Shown: positions 1-9,031 of the stretch, in pieces
How the letters are laid out: each line of letters opens with the position of its first letter
Numbering within the stretch: position 1 is the first letter of the stretch
Virus record (IMG/VR): IMGVR_UViG_3300028666_000002
Origin: a virus
Direction: 5' to 3' (one strand)
DNA: 64,000 nucleotides
The notes under the pieces: model-generated
The model's input: only the letters and a program-made list of their open reading frames with translations
Told to the model about the DNA's origin: nothing
The model's database searches: none
Program-made: the position numbers and the translations under genes

Positions 1-3000
1 GACACGTTCACTGTCATATTGGATAACAATGTAGCAAGTGAAAGTTTTCAGATCCCCCTTTATCGTATAGCGCTTGTCAATAATGGTATAGCCTCTAATC
101 CGTATACTTTTAACGCTTACGATTATTCGGCAAGTCCCACAACAAATTTTGCTTCCACCTTTGGACCAACTTTTGATTTTGCAAATTATAAAGTGTTAAT
201 GCAGGCAAAAAAGGTTCTCAAGCCAACACCGGCAAATACGGCTATTTTATATAGAGCCACCCCATGGGGAAGAAGTGGAGAGAAAATTACCGTTGAATAC
301 GCCTATCCTGCCTTTCCGAACTCTGCACTTAGCAGCACCGTTGTGGTTGATACCACCGTTGCAATAACAATTAATCTAGCTAGTGGAGCAGCTGTGACCA
401 CCGGCATTAACTCCACGACCGCTTGGAATGTCACCGTTCAGGCAAATACTCCTACGGCTGGAATTGATCAAGTCACCTATAGTTGGGCTGGAACCTATAC
501 TTTTACAATTGCCTCTTCAACGGTAACGGCTGGTTCTGTTTACAGCAATAACGGTCAACTTTTTACAGTAAACACTTCTATTTCTCCCGGCACCACCCTA
601 TCTACGACTGGTTCCGGAGGAGCACCCCTAGCCAGCGGAACGCTTACTTTTGTGAGTGGTACCGGCCCTGGCACTATTGCTTACTCTGCCAATGTTTTCT
701 CAGGAATCGGAGCGGCACCGGCCCTAACCTCGGTAATCAGCGGCAACTATGTTAATATTTCCTCACAAACTGGATTTAACATAGCGAATACTGGTGTGTT
801 TATTGTATCTTCATATGTGCCGCCCACTACTACAAGTTTTACCGTACAAATGCCGAGTGGTGTTGCTGTAGCAGGAATAGGTTTGCTAACAGCTATTAAT
901 AGTGGCATTATCTTTTATGCCTCCGTTCCTGCGTCTAATACGGCAAATGCAATTATTCTATATGTCAATGCCAATTTATCTCGATACGTATCTGCTACAT
1001 TGGCCAACAGCGGTGTGTCGAATACTGGTGCTGGAGTAGTTGTCCTAAGCACCTACGAAGATAGTGGATTTACTTATAAATACATTCAATTGTTGGACGG
1101 AATAAACTGGCTATATTCAGACAATTTGGTTGGATCTCCTCAATTCACTCTTAAAAATCCGCTTGCTTTGCCCACTGATTATGGTTATTCATTCAACAAC
1201 GGTGAATTAATAAGATTTATTCCAACCACGATGCCACAAGTAGAAGCTTTTATTTCTACATTGGCAGTTACGGGGTATACCAACGTTGGAAGTGCTGAAT
1301 TGGCAGAAAGAGGATCAGAATTAGAATTATTCACTGAAACAGTGGGTAGTTCTGGGTATATACAAATAGTTGGCGGTACAGGAAATGAGTATGGGGTACC
1401 AATTTTAAATTCTGCAAACATCCTTGATAATAATTATTGCGTAGTTTCCGTAGATAGTGTGGCCGCTCAAGGAGTTTGCAGTGATCAATGGTTTAGGCTG
1501 CAGGCTGCCGTGGCACAAGCGAAGTTGGCGGGTTTTGCATCCAATACCAGCATTACAATTGATGGGAATGTGCCCTTGGCAGGAGAATCCAAAGTTACAC
1601 TTTTGGGTAGGACTTTAACTGAAAGATATTTTGGTGAACCCAGAAATCATATTAGAACACAGGGTGACACTTTTAGAGTTGAAAAACAAGGCGATTTAGT
1701 TTGTCTTAGTTGGAATCCAAATGTTGGGACCAATCCAGTATTTGTAAAATCTTCTTTGAATTTCAATGACACTGGCGGTGGCACCGTTTCTGTAGCTTTG
1801 GTTGGTGGAGGATCTAGTGACGCTACCTATACCATTCTTTCCGGAAATGCTAACTTTACAGAACTTTCTATTGGAGACTATATCACCATTGCAGGTTTCG
1901 TTTTGCCCTATACTGCCAATAATGGATCTTTCGTCGTCACTGGCGTCTCTGATAATGGCAAAACATTACAGGTAACAAATTCTAATGCCGTAGCGGTTGG
2001 CCCTACAGTTTTTATTGCTGGAAATTTCAGTGCCACTAGCGGAGTTAGCGAAGGTGATACACTTTTTATTCCATCTCCCACTTCCAATATAAATTCTCCA
2101 TTTTATTCAGGCGTTGGCGGTCCAGTAGTTTTCTCTAGTCCATTTAATCCATTAAATCAGGGACGTTTTAGGGTTATCAGAGAATACAACAACAGTGTTT
2201 GGTTTGAAAATCCGAATGCCGTGGAAGAAGAGGTCACCTTACCATACAATCCGGTCAATCTGAACTTTGATAATACTACTGTTTTTGAAGTTATTACTAC
2301 CAACAATACTTTAAAATTAGAATGGACAGGAACCGGTACACCTCCCACGTTAGGAAATGTTACCATGGGTGATATCGTTAATTTGGGCACCGATTTTCTT
2401 GCTGGAAATCGAGGCAGTTTCATGGTATCAAGGTCTAGCGCCGCCTTGCAGCAAATTGTTCAGTTGACATTGCCGCCCGGCATAGCCTTCCCGATCTCCG
2501 GCCCAGGAGCATATTTTACTATTAACGGCATCAATGTTTCTGGAAGTGTAGTTCCATACTACGTATGGTTTCAAACTGGCGTCAATACTGATCCGGCACC
2601 ATTGGGCTATACTGGAATACAAGTCACCATATCTAGCGCATACACCAGCGTACAGGTTGCAGCCGCAACGGAGGCTGCAATAGGAGCCCTTGCTCTTTAT
2701 TTCACTGCTAATTCTTTAAATAATGTGGCAACAACAACCACGGTTGGCAGCGTAGAGGCTAGCGATCCAGTCAATGTCACTATGCCTTCACCATTTTCTA
2801 TCTTTGTAGTTCAAGAAAGTACAAAAACATTTATAGAAGCGATAAATCCTGATGCGGTGGCTCAGGCATCGGTAACTATTTCTACTAGCACCCTAACAGT
2901 TCATAGACCACAAATTCAATTCTCTGAATATGAAGCGACCGTAGTTGGCGATGTATTTGTTTCCACCGGAAGCGCTCTAACGATTCAGAACGCCGGATCA

Positions 3001-3726
3001 TGGAACATAATTCAAGTTCTAGACAGAGATCATGCAATTGTACAGGGCACTATGGCCAACGTTACTGATGTGAGCTTAAACAATAATACTACGGCTGTTT
3101 ACGTACAAGAAGGTGTATTTTATTCTGGATATAAACAGGTATTTCTATCTTCTGCACAGCCAGACGCTTTAACTAGGGATTTGATTGTTTTCAATACGAG
3201 TGCCCAATATCAAAAGATAGATTCTATCGCTAGCGTTGAAATGACAGCATTGAGTAAGTTAAATTTTAACACCAATCTAATAGAAGGGTTAGATGCCTAC
3301 AGATATAATACTGGCCTTCTTGGAGAGGCAAATCGAATAATTTACGGAGATCCACGCGATCCATTTACCTACCCTGGCGTCGGCGCTGCAGGAACTGATA
3401 TTTTCGTTCGTGCCCCTTTAGTGCTTCGTGTACAGCTGACAGTTGAGATTCGTTTGCTTACCGGTGCCCCGTTTAACACTATAGCACAACAGGTAAGAAG
3501 CAACGTTTCTTCTTTGGTTAATTCTAATCCCGTTGGTCAATCTATTGGTTTCTCTTCCATCGTAGGTGTTGTTTCTACGATTCCGGGAGTTCTATCTGTA
3601 GCAATTGCAAGTCCGATATATTATGCTTCGCCAACCTACAATGATTTGATTCTAGTTTCTCCCAATGAGAAAACCATAATCATTGATCCCACCACGGATA
3701 TTGTTGTATTGCAATTGGGGACTTAG
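1..3726 (+). CDS. Large baseplate wedge / baseplate J-like virion protein (5'-truncated; frame open from base 1)
   Basis: Gly/Thr/Ser/Val-rich beta protein; C-terminal ~120 aa (VRAP..VQLTVEIRL..G..IAQQVRSNVSSLVNS.PVGQSI.FSSIVGVVSTIPGV) has the baseplate-J C-terminal pattern. Confidence 0.7.
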   Translation, partial: DTFTVILDNNVASESFQIPLYRIALVNNGIASNPYTFNAYDYSASPTTNFASTFGPTFDFANYKVLMQAKKVLKPTPANTAILYRATPWGRSGEKITVEYAYPAFPNSALSSTVVVDTTVAITINLASGAAVTTGINSTTAWNVTVQANTPTAGIDQVTYSWAGTYTFTIASSTVTAGSVYSNNGQLFTVNTSISPGTTLSTTGSGGAPLASGTLTFVSGTGPGTIAYSANVFSGIGAAPALTSVISGNYVNISSQTGFNIANTGVFIVSSYVPPTTTSFTVQMPSGVAVAGIGLLTAINSGIIFYASVPASNTANAIILYVNANLSRYVSATLANSGVSNTGAGVVVLSTYEDSGFTYKYIQLLDGINWLYSDNLVGSPQFTLKNPLALPTDYGYSFNNGELIRFIPTTMPQVEAFISTLAVTGYTNVGSAELAERGSELELFTETVGSSGYIQIVGGTGNEYGVPILNSANILDNNYCVVSVDSVAAQGVCSDQWFRLQAAVAQAKLAGFASNTSITIDGNVPLAGESKVTLLGRTLTERYFGEPRNHIRTQGDTFRVEKQGDLVCLSWNPNVGTNPVFVKSSLNFNDTGGGTVSVALVGGGSSDATYTILSGNANFTELSIGDYITIAGFVLPYTANNGSFVVTGVSDNGKTLQVTNSNAVAVGPTVFIAGNFSATSGVSEGDTLFIPSPTSNINSPFYSGVGGPVVFSSPFNPLNQGRFRVIREYNNSVWFENPNAVEEEVTLPYNPVNLNFDNTTVFEVITTNNTLKLEWTGTGTPPTLGNVTMGDIVNLGTDFLAGNRGSFMVSRSSAALQQIVQLTLPPGIAFPISGPGAYFTINGINVSGSVVPYYVWFQTGVNTDPAPLGYTGIQVTISSAYTSVQVAAATEAAIGALALYFTANSLNNVATTTTVGSVEASDPVNVTMPSPFSIFVVQESTKTFIEAINPDAVAQASVTISTSTLTVHRPQIQFSEYEATVVGDVFVSTGSALTIQNAGSWNIIQVLDRDHAIVQGTMANVTDVSLNNNTTAVYVQEGVFYSGYKQVFLSSAQPDALTRDLIVFNTSAQYQKIDSIASVEMTALSKLNFNTNLIEGLDAYRYNTGLLGEANRIIYGDPRDPFTYPGVGAAGTDIFVRAPLVLRVQLTVEIRLLTGAPFNTIAQQVRSNVSSLVNSNPVGQSIGFSSIVGVVSTIPGVLSVAIASPIYYASPTYNDLILVSPNEKTIIIDPTTDIVVLQLGT

Positions 3727-3728
3727 CG

Positions 3729-5897
3729 ATGGCAATCACTACTCCACAACAGGAATATAAAAAATTAAGGAGTTACCTTAACCCTTACATTAAGGGGCCT
3801 AATATACAGGCCCTATTAACTGCGATGGGCTCTGCGTTCTCTTCTTATTTGGTTAATTCAGCCAGTTCAGTGAATGATCAACTTTATATCGTTACCGCTG
3901 AAGGCGTTTATTTAGATCAAAGATTAGCTGACTATGGCATATCTAGACCTGCAGGCATAGGTATTGCTGATGAAGAATTTAGTCAAATTGGCATACAGAT
4001 AAAAAACCGTAAACAAGTAAGAGATCTTCTAAATAATCTTTTAGACATTATTTTTGGAGATACATATGTTCGCGCTAGTAGCGATGCTGGAGCGATGGAA
4101 CCATACAATCTGACAAATGGCGATACTCTAGTTGTCAATTTTGATGCCGCTAACACTGTTTCTATTATTTTTAATACTAGCAATTTTGTCGATATTGCTG
4201 CCGCGACAGCGCAAGAAGTAGCAGATGTTATTACAAAAACTATAAATAGTATGGGTTTGAGAGGCATAGCTGTTGTTGGCAATAATGGTTCTGGCAATTT
4301 CGTACAACTTTTGAGTAATACTATAGGCCCAGCTTCATCCGTTACCGTATTAGGTGGAAGTGCCCAAGATCAACTTTTATTTGCGTCTATTGTTGCGGCT
4401 GGTGGAAATGCTTCTACTCAGTGGACCATTAGTTTGCCGCGTGCCGATATTGTAAGATTTACGTGGAGCGGAGGCGCAAATCCTCAATTGGGGAAAATTG
4501 TTCCGAATGATTACGTAAATATATTTGGTGGAGGATTTACCTCTTCTTCAAACGAAGGCAGTTTTACAATTATAGATGCGGTCGGTGGTCCTGTAAATAT
4601 ATCTTATTTTGAAATACACAATGCATTAGCGACTTCTGGAATTGTAACTCAAGGAATAGACGATGCGATGCTATTTTTTAATCCAGTGAAAAAAGTACTG
4701 GCAGATTTAAGATATTATGCTGCGGTCTATCAAGTAGAGACTAATAAATTACAAATTTTTCTTCCAGCCACCACAAAAGTTGTCATAAATAGTAGGATAG
4801 GAACTGCCCACATACATGATCCGCAAAATATAGTGTATACTTTTAACGCCAATCCTAATGTTGGGGATGTTTTTCACATAACCACCGCTACTTCTTTGAC
4901 TGCTGGAGTAGATTTTGCTGTTGGTTTGACTATACCAGAAACCATTGCAAATATGATCGCTACTATTGGCAGCATATCTGGACTAGACCCTGTTGCTGGC
5001 CAAAATCCAATAAAAAGTCCTAATTCTTTAGGTCAATATGCCTTCAATGTTTCTTCGGAGAATGCCACAGTCGGAGCCGTGTACGCCATTAACGGACAAA
5101 ACTTCACTGTGACTGGCACTATCTCTCTGGGAAGCAGTTTAGTTACAGTGGGATCTGGAATTGCTCCGCCTAGCACCGGAACACTCACTTTAGTTTCTGG
5201 AACCGGAAGTGCCACCATAACATATAGTTCGTATGTTTTTTCTGGCGTGAACATACTTACGATATGGCAGGATGATCCATCTTTAACTATAACCGGTACT
5301 TATACTGGGAGCGCCAACGTAGTTGCTACAGTGCAAGGAGATCCCATATCTGTTCAGCCCAATCAACCCGGTCCATATACCTATGATTTGGGGCAGCCAT
5401 TTACCGTGAGTAATATTGGCACTACTTTGACACAAAATTTAGATGCTACATATCCAAGAGTGTTTACGGTGAAGAATGCTACGCAGTTCCCGAATAGTCC
5501 AGGATATCTGATTTTTGGATATGGTACAGAACAGCAAGAGGGACCGGTGCCATACATAGCGACACCTTCCGACAATACATTGCTTTTAAGTCCAGCCTAT
5601 ACTCTTCAAAATAGTCACGTTATTGGGGAAGAAGTGTCTTTAGTATCTTTGAGATCTCAAGCTGTCATAACTCAAGATGGATTGGACTATCCGTTTTATC
5701 TTACAGATGAAGTTGGCGGACGCGTATACGCAGAAGAATTGGTAAATACTGTGGTTGCTGCGGGGATTACGGTCGTATTTAATATAATCTACCCTGGAGA
5801 CATAGGTCTTGGAAAATTTGGAACAAAATACTCTGAAATATCTATAGTTTATGGTGAAAATCAATACGGTCCAGCTAATGTAGCGGAGACAACTTAA
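3729..5897 (+). CDS. Baseplate/tail structural protein (gpI-like N-terminus)
   Basis: N-terminal TAEG.YLD..L.DYGI.RP.G..DEEF pattern typical of the protein following baseplate J; starts 2 nt after the upstream stop. Confidence 0.6.
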   Translation: MAITTPQQEYKKLRSYLNPYIKGPNIQALLTAMGSAFSSYLVNSASSVNDQLYIVTAEGVYLDQRLADYGISRPAGIGIADEEFSQIGIQIKNRKQVRDLLNNLLDIIFGDTYVRASSDAGAMEPYNLTNGDTLVVNFDAANTVSIIFNTSNFVDIAAATAQEVADVITKTINSMGLRGIAVVGNNGSGNFVQLLSNTIGPASSVTVLGGSAQDQLLFASIVAAGGNASTQWTISLPRADIVRFTWSGGANPQLGKIVPNDYVNIFGGGFTSSSNEGSFTIIDAVGGPVNISYFEIHNALATSGIVTQGIDDAMLFFNPVKKVLADLRYYAAVYQVETNKLQIFLPATTKVVINSRIGTAHIHDPQNIVYTFNANPNVGDVFHITTATSLTAGVDFAVGLTIPETIANMIATIGSISGLDPVAGQNPIKSPNSLGQYAFNVSSENATVGAVYAINGQNFTVTGTISLGSSLVTVGSGIAPPSTGTLTLVSGTGSATITYSSYVFSGVNILTIWQDDPSLTITGTYTGSANVVATVQGDPISVQPNQPGPYTYDLGQPFTVSNIGTTLTQNLDATYPRVFTVKNATQFPNSPGYLIFGYGTEQQEGPVPYIATPSDNTLLLSPAYTLQNSHVIGEEVSLVSLRSQAVITQDGLDYPFYLTDEVGGRVYAEELVNTVVAAGITVVFNIIYPGDIGLGKFGTKYSEISIVYGENQYGPANVAETT

Positions 5898-5900
5898 AAA

Positions 5901-5909
5901 TGATATAAT
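5901..5909 (+). promoter_or_regulatory. Extended -10 type promoter motif TGATATAAT
   Basis: TGnTATAAT 6 nt upstream of the ATG at 5916; same motif recurs at several other gene starts. Confidence 0.55.
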
Positions 5910-5915
5910 ACCATT

Positions 5916-6656
5916 ATGTTAGTATATAAATTAACAAATAGAATTAATGGAAAGGGTTACGTCGGCCAGACTACACAGACGCTTTCTGATAGGCTTAAGG
6001 CACATAAATGTTTAAAAACTAATAAGTGTCCATATTTAAAAAACGCTATCCAAAAATATGGTTTTGATAATTTTTACGTAAACGTACTCTCTCTTGCATC
6101 CTCCAAAGACGAATTAGATGGTTTAGAACAAAAATTTATTAAAGAACACGACACAATGCATCCTAATGGATATAATTTGAGAAGTGGCGGTCAACAAGGT
6201 GGCCCCATGAGTGAAGAATCTAGAAAAAAACTTTCCGAGTCTAGCAAAGGCAGAAAACATACACAAGAAACGAAGGATAAATTATCAACACTTTTTAGTG
6301 GATCAAAACATCCCATGTTTGGCAAGCATCATAGCGATGAAACAAAAAAGAAATTATCTGCCATAAATAGGGGTTCCAACAATCCTAGATTTGGAAAACC
6401 CAGAACGAAAGAAGTAAAAGAAAAAATTAGTATTAAAGCAAAAGCTAGAGGAGTTGACGGAACTAGAGTGGCGGTTGAAGTTTGTAAGAAATCTATTATT
6501 TGTGTGGAAACCAACAAAGTTTATGGTTCTGTGGCTGAAGCCTCTAGAGATTTAGGCAATACGGGGACCTCCAACATATGCAAAGTATTAAAAGGTAAAA
6601 GTAAAAGCGTTAAGGGTTTTACTTTTAAATATTACGATACTCAGGAGACAACCTAA
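5916..6656 (+). CDS. GIY-YIG homing endonuclease with NUMOD3/NUMOD1-like DNA-binding repeats
   Basis: LVYKLTNRINGKGYVGQT..R..H; GYN; repeated G.KH..ETK.KLS motifs; C-terminal YGSVAEASR.L helix-turn-helix. Confidence 0.9.
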   Translation: MLVYKLTNRINGKGYVGQTTQTLSDRLKAHKCLKTNKCPYLKNAIQKYGFDNFYVNVLSLASSKDELDGLEQKFIKEHDTMHPNGYNLRSGGQQGGPMSEESRKKLSESSKGRKHTQETKDKLSTLFSGSKHPMFGKHHSDETKKKLSAINRGSNNPRFGKPRTKEVKEKISIKAKARGVDGTRVAVEVCKKSIICVETNKVYGSVAEASRDLGNTGTSNICKVLKGKSKSVKGFTFKYYDTQETT

Positions 6657-6657
6657 T

Positions 6658-7080
6658 ATGCCAGCATTAGTTTTAGCAGGAGCCAATATTAATCTGTTCC
6701 TGAACAATAAAATATATAAAGTTGCACAATCCATATCGTTAGATGTGGACTATGGTGAAGAAGCAATTTATGGAATCGATTCGCCCTGGCCACAAGACAT
6801 AGCTGGCGGTCGAGTGACCGTGAAGGGTAATGTTAGGGGACTAAGGGTAAAAAATAGTGGCGGATTACAGGCCGGTAACCTACGTCCTCTATTTACAGAT
6901 CTGGCAGCGTCACCATATATTTCAATCAGAGTTCAAGATAGGGCTACAGGCGAGGATATTTATTTTATTCCAAATGCCAAGGTTTCCATGGAATCGCATT
7001 CTGTTAATATCAAGGAAACTTACAAACTCAACTTCAGTTTTACTGGCCAAATGATCTTATTTGCTCTTGATCGCAGTTAA
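6658..7080 (+). CDS. Tail-tube-like virion structural protein
   Basis: 140 aa with AQSISLD.DYGEEAIYGIDSP.P.DI..G..TVKG pattern resembling myovirus tube-fold proteins; tail operon context. Confidence 0.5.
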   Translation: MPALVLAGANINLFLNNKIYKVAQSISLDVDYGEEAIYGIDSPWPQDIAGGRVTVKGNVRGLRVKNSGGLQAGNLRPLFTDLAASPYISIRVQDRATGEDIYFIPNAKVSMESHSVNIKETYKLNFSFTGQMILFALDRS

Positions 7081-7514
7081 TTTTTGGCTAAAAGCTCAAG
7101 AACTTGATTAAGGTAATGCAGATTTCTAGGAACTCCAGGATACAAAGAACTTTCTACAAAAGAACCGGCGTTATAGGCGGCTATCGCCTTGTGTATATTG
7201 CCGTGATATCTATTTAATTGTTTTTTTAGATATATAGCGGCGTATTTGATATTTGTTTGCGGGTCCATCAAACCTTCATCTTTACCTTCGTAACCAAGAT
7301 CTCTGGCTGTTCCAGATTTAATTTGACATAAACCATAGGTAGGTGTGCCGTGGTCATTGGGGACTACGACATTTTGAAGACCGGTTTCGTGAGTGCATAT
7401 GGCCAACAATAGATGCCCAGAAATACCTACTTTCTTGGCTATAGCTAAGATAATTTGAGAGTATGACATAGGGCCTCCATTCCCTATCTTATAGGTAACG
7501 AGGAGGTCTGTCAA
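7077..7514 (-). CDS. Soluble lytic transglycosylase (SLT domain)
   Basis: Motifs HETG (catalytic E), YGLCQI, L.DP.TNI..A..YL, AIAAYNAG. Confidence 0.9.
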   Translation of the reverse strand: MTDLLVTYKIGNGGPMSYSQIILAIAKKVGISGHLLLAICTHETGLQNVVVPNDHGTPTYGLCQIKSGTARDLGYEGKDEGLMDPQTNIKYAAIYLKKQLNRYHGNIHKAIAAYNAGSFVESSLYPGVPRNLHYLNQVLELLAKN

Positions 7515-7735
7515 CCTGGCTTTCTAGTATAACTACCGTTACGATTGCTAAAATGTGGTAAATCTTTGGGACAAGCCTTCAATTCTTCTCGATTATTTGG
7601 AATACGTAGCTGTCCTTCATATCCATACCATAGATCACAATTGGCAAGTCCCACGCATATCTCTTGGCCTTCAATCCACCATATAGTACCGGCCTGTCCC
7701 GAATCAACTATTACAACTGTGCCTAATTTAATCAT
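7511..7735 (-). CDS. Hypothetical small beta (SH3-like?) protein
   Basis: 74-aa ORF with 4-nt overlaps to both neighbours. Confidence 0.55.
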   Translation of the reverse strand: MIKLGTVVIVDSGQAGTIWWIEGQEICVGLANCDLWYGYEGQLRIPNNREELKACPKDLPHFSNRNGSYTRKPG

Positions 7736-8112
7736 TTTTCACCATTTGTTAATATTCCTTTGACTGTTTTGGGATCATATCGCTGACTATCGGTTCTATT
7801 AGCACATTCATTGCATTGTCTATAATAATGCGCTTGGCCTATCTTAGAGTAGACTTTAATTTCGAGATATCCCTCTTCACATTCTCTACATTTCCAGATT
7901 TGTTTAAGATTTTCAAGTATTTCCTGGCCTTTTTCGTGCTTTTCATCTTGATAGTGTTGCTCGATGATATCTTTAACGGAATCGTATCTATCTAAGTCGA
8001 TTCTTGCAATTTGTTTCCTTAAAGCGGACAATTGTCTCTTAAGTGCTTGATTTTCTTTAAGTAATCGTTGTTCGCGAGTATTCCCAAATTTGTCAACGCG
8101 TGCTTTGGCCAC
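7732..8112 (-). CDS. Hypothetical coiled-coil + Zn-ribbon protein (likely GTG start near 8112)
   Basis: CRECEEG...CNEC Cys pairs; GGAG Shine-Dalgarno before GTG-GCC-AAA. Confidence 0.6.
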   Translation of the reverse strand: MAKARVDKFGNTREQRLLKENQALKRQLSALRKQIARIDLDRYDSVKDIIEQHYQDEKHEKGQEILENLKQIWKCRECEEGYLEIKVYSKIGQAHYYRQCNECANRTDSQRYDPKTVKGILTNGEK

Positions 8113-8167
8113 AGAGGATCTCCTAAGAGGATTATAAGGTAAAGATTGTAAGTATATAAGCTGAGAC

Positions 8168-8173
8168 AATCTT
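8168..8173 (+). promoter_or_regulatory. Candidate late-promoter motif AATCTT
   Basis: Same hexamer precedes + strand units at 8931, 51374, 54575 and 63711. Confidence 0.4.
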
Positions 8174-8179
8174 ATAAGT

Positions 8180-9013
8180 ATGTTGATCTATCAAATTGTT
8201 CACTTGGAAAGCGGCCACAAATACATAGGACAAACTACACGTCCATTAATTGAGAGATGGCGTGAGCATCTATACGCCTTGCGTAAAAGTAAACACGGGA
8301 ATAGATATTTACAGGCCGCTTGGAATAAATATGGAGAAAAAGCTTTTAAACTTCAAATAGTTAAAGAATTTTCTTCATTACAAGAATTGAATAAAGCGGA
8401 GATGGAATTAATTCAAAACGGTACAGATCTTTACAATTTATCTCCAGGCGGTGAGGGCCATACCCATTCTGAATATGCCAAGAAGATGATAGGGGAGGCT
8501 AACAAACTCCCTATCATTGGCATGGACGTAAAGACAAGAGAAATCAAAGAATATGATTCTGCCGCCGACACTAAGAAAGGTGGATTTAATGAAAAATGCG
8601 TAAGAAAATGCGTCACTGGTTTCATTAGTAAAAGAAAAGATGGTACTACCTTTACCTCTATTTCCCACAAAGGATGGGTTTGGATGTCAAAAGAAGAAGC
8701 AACTATGGAAAAGTTAAATGAAAAATGTGATATAGCAAAAAGAGGAAAAATTAGATTTGAAAGACCCGTTACCGGCATTAACATTTTTGACCAAAAAGTT
8801 AGATCTTTTAGATCTGCCTCAGAGGCTGGACGTAATGGATTTAATGCAACTGTTGTGCATGCGGCATGTGCGGGCAGGGTTTTGATACACATGGGTTTTG
8901 TGTGGTGTTATGCAGACATAGACAACCCCCAATCTTTACTAGAGAGGAAGAGAAAGTCTTATCTAGATAATCCTCCTAAAACAGGGCCAAAATCGTGGAA
9001 AAATACAGTTTAA
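8180..9013 (+). CDS. GIY-YIG homing endonuclease with two NUMOD1-like C-terminal repeats
   Basis: LIYQIVHLESGHKYIGQT..RW.EH; LYN; repeated SA..A...GFN...V...C...H.G.VW. Confidence 0.9.
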   Translation: MLIYQIVHLESGHKYIGQTTRPLIERWREHLYALRKSKHGNRYLQAAWNKYGEKAFKLQIVKEFSSLQELNKAEMELIQNGTDLYNLSPGGEGHTHSEYAKKMIGEANKLPIIGMDVKTREIKEYDSAADTKKGGFNEKCVRKCVTGFISKRKDGTTFTSISHKGWVWMSKEEATMEKLNEKCDIAKRGKIRFERPVTGINIFDQKVRSFRSASEAGRNGFNATVVHAACAGRVLIHMGFVWCYADIDNPQSLLERKRKSYLDNPPKTGPKSWKNTV

Positions 9014-9031
9014 TTCAAGGAAAACAATAAG

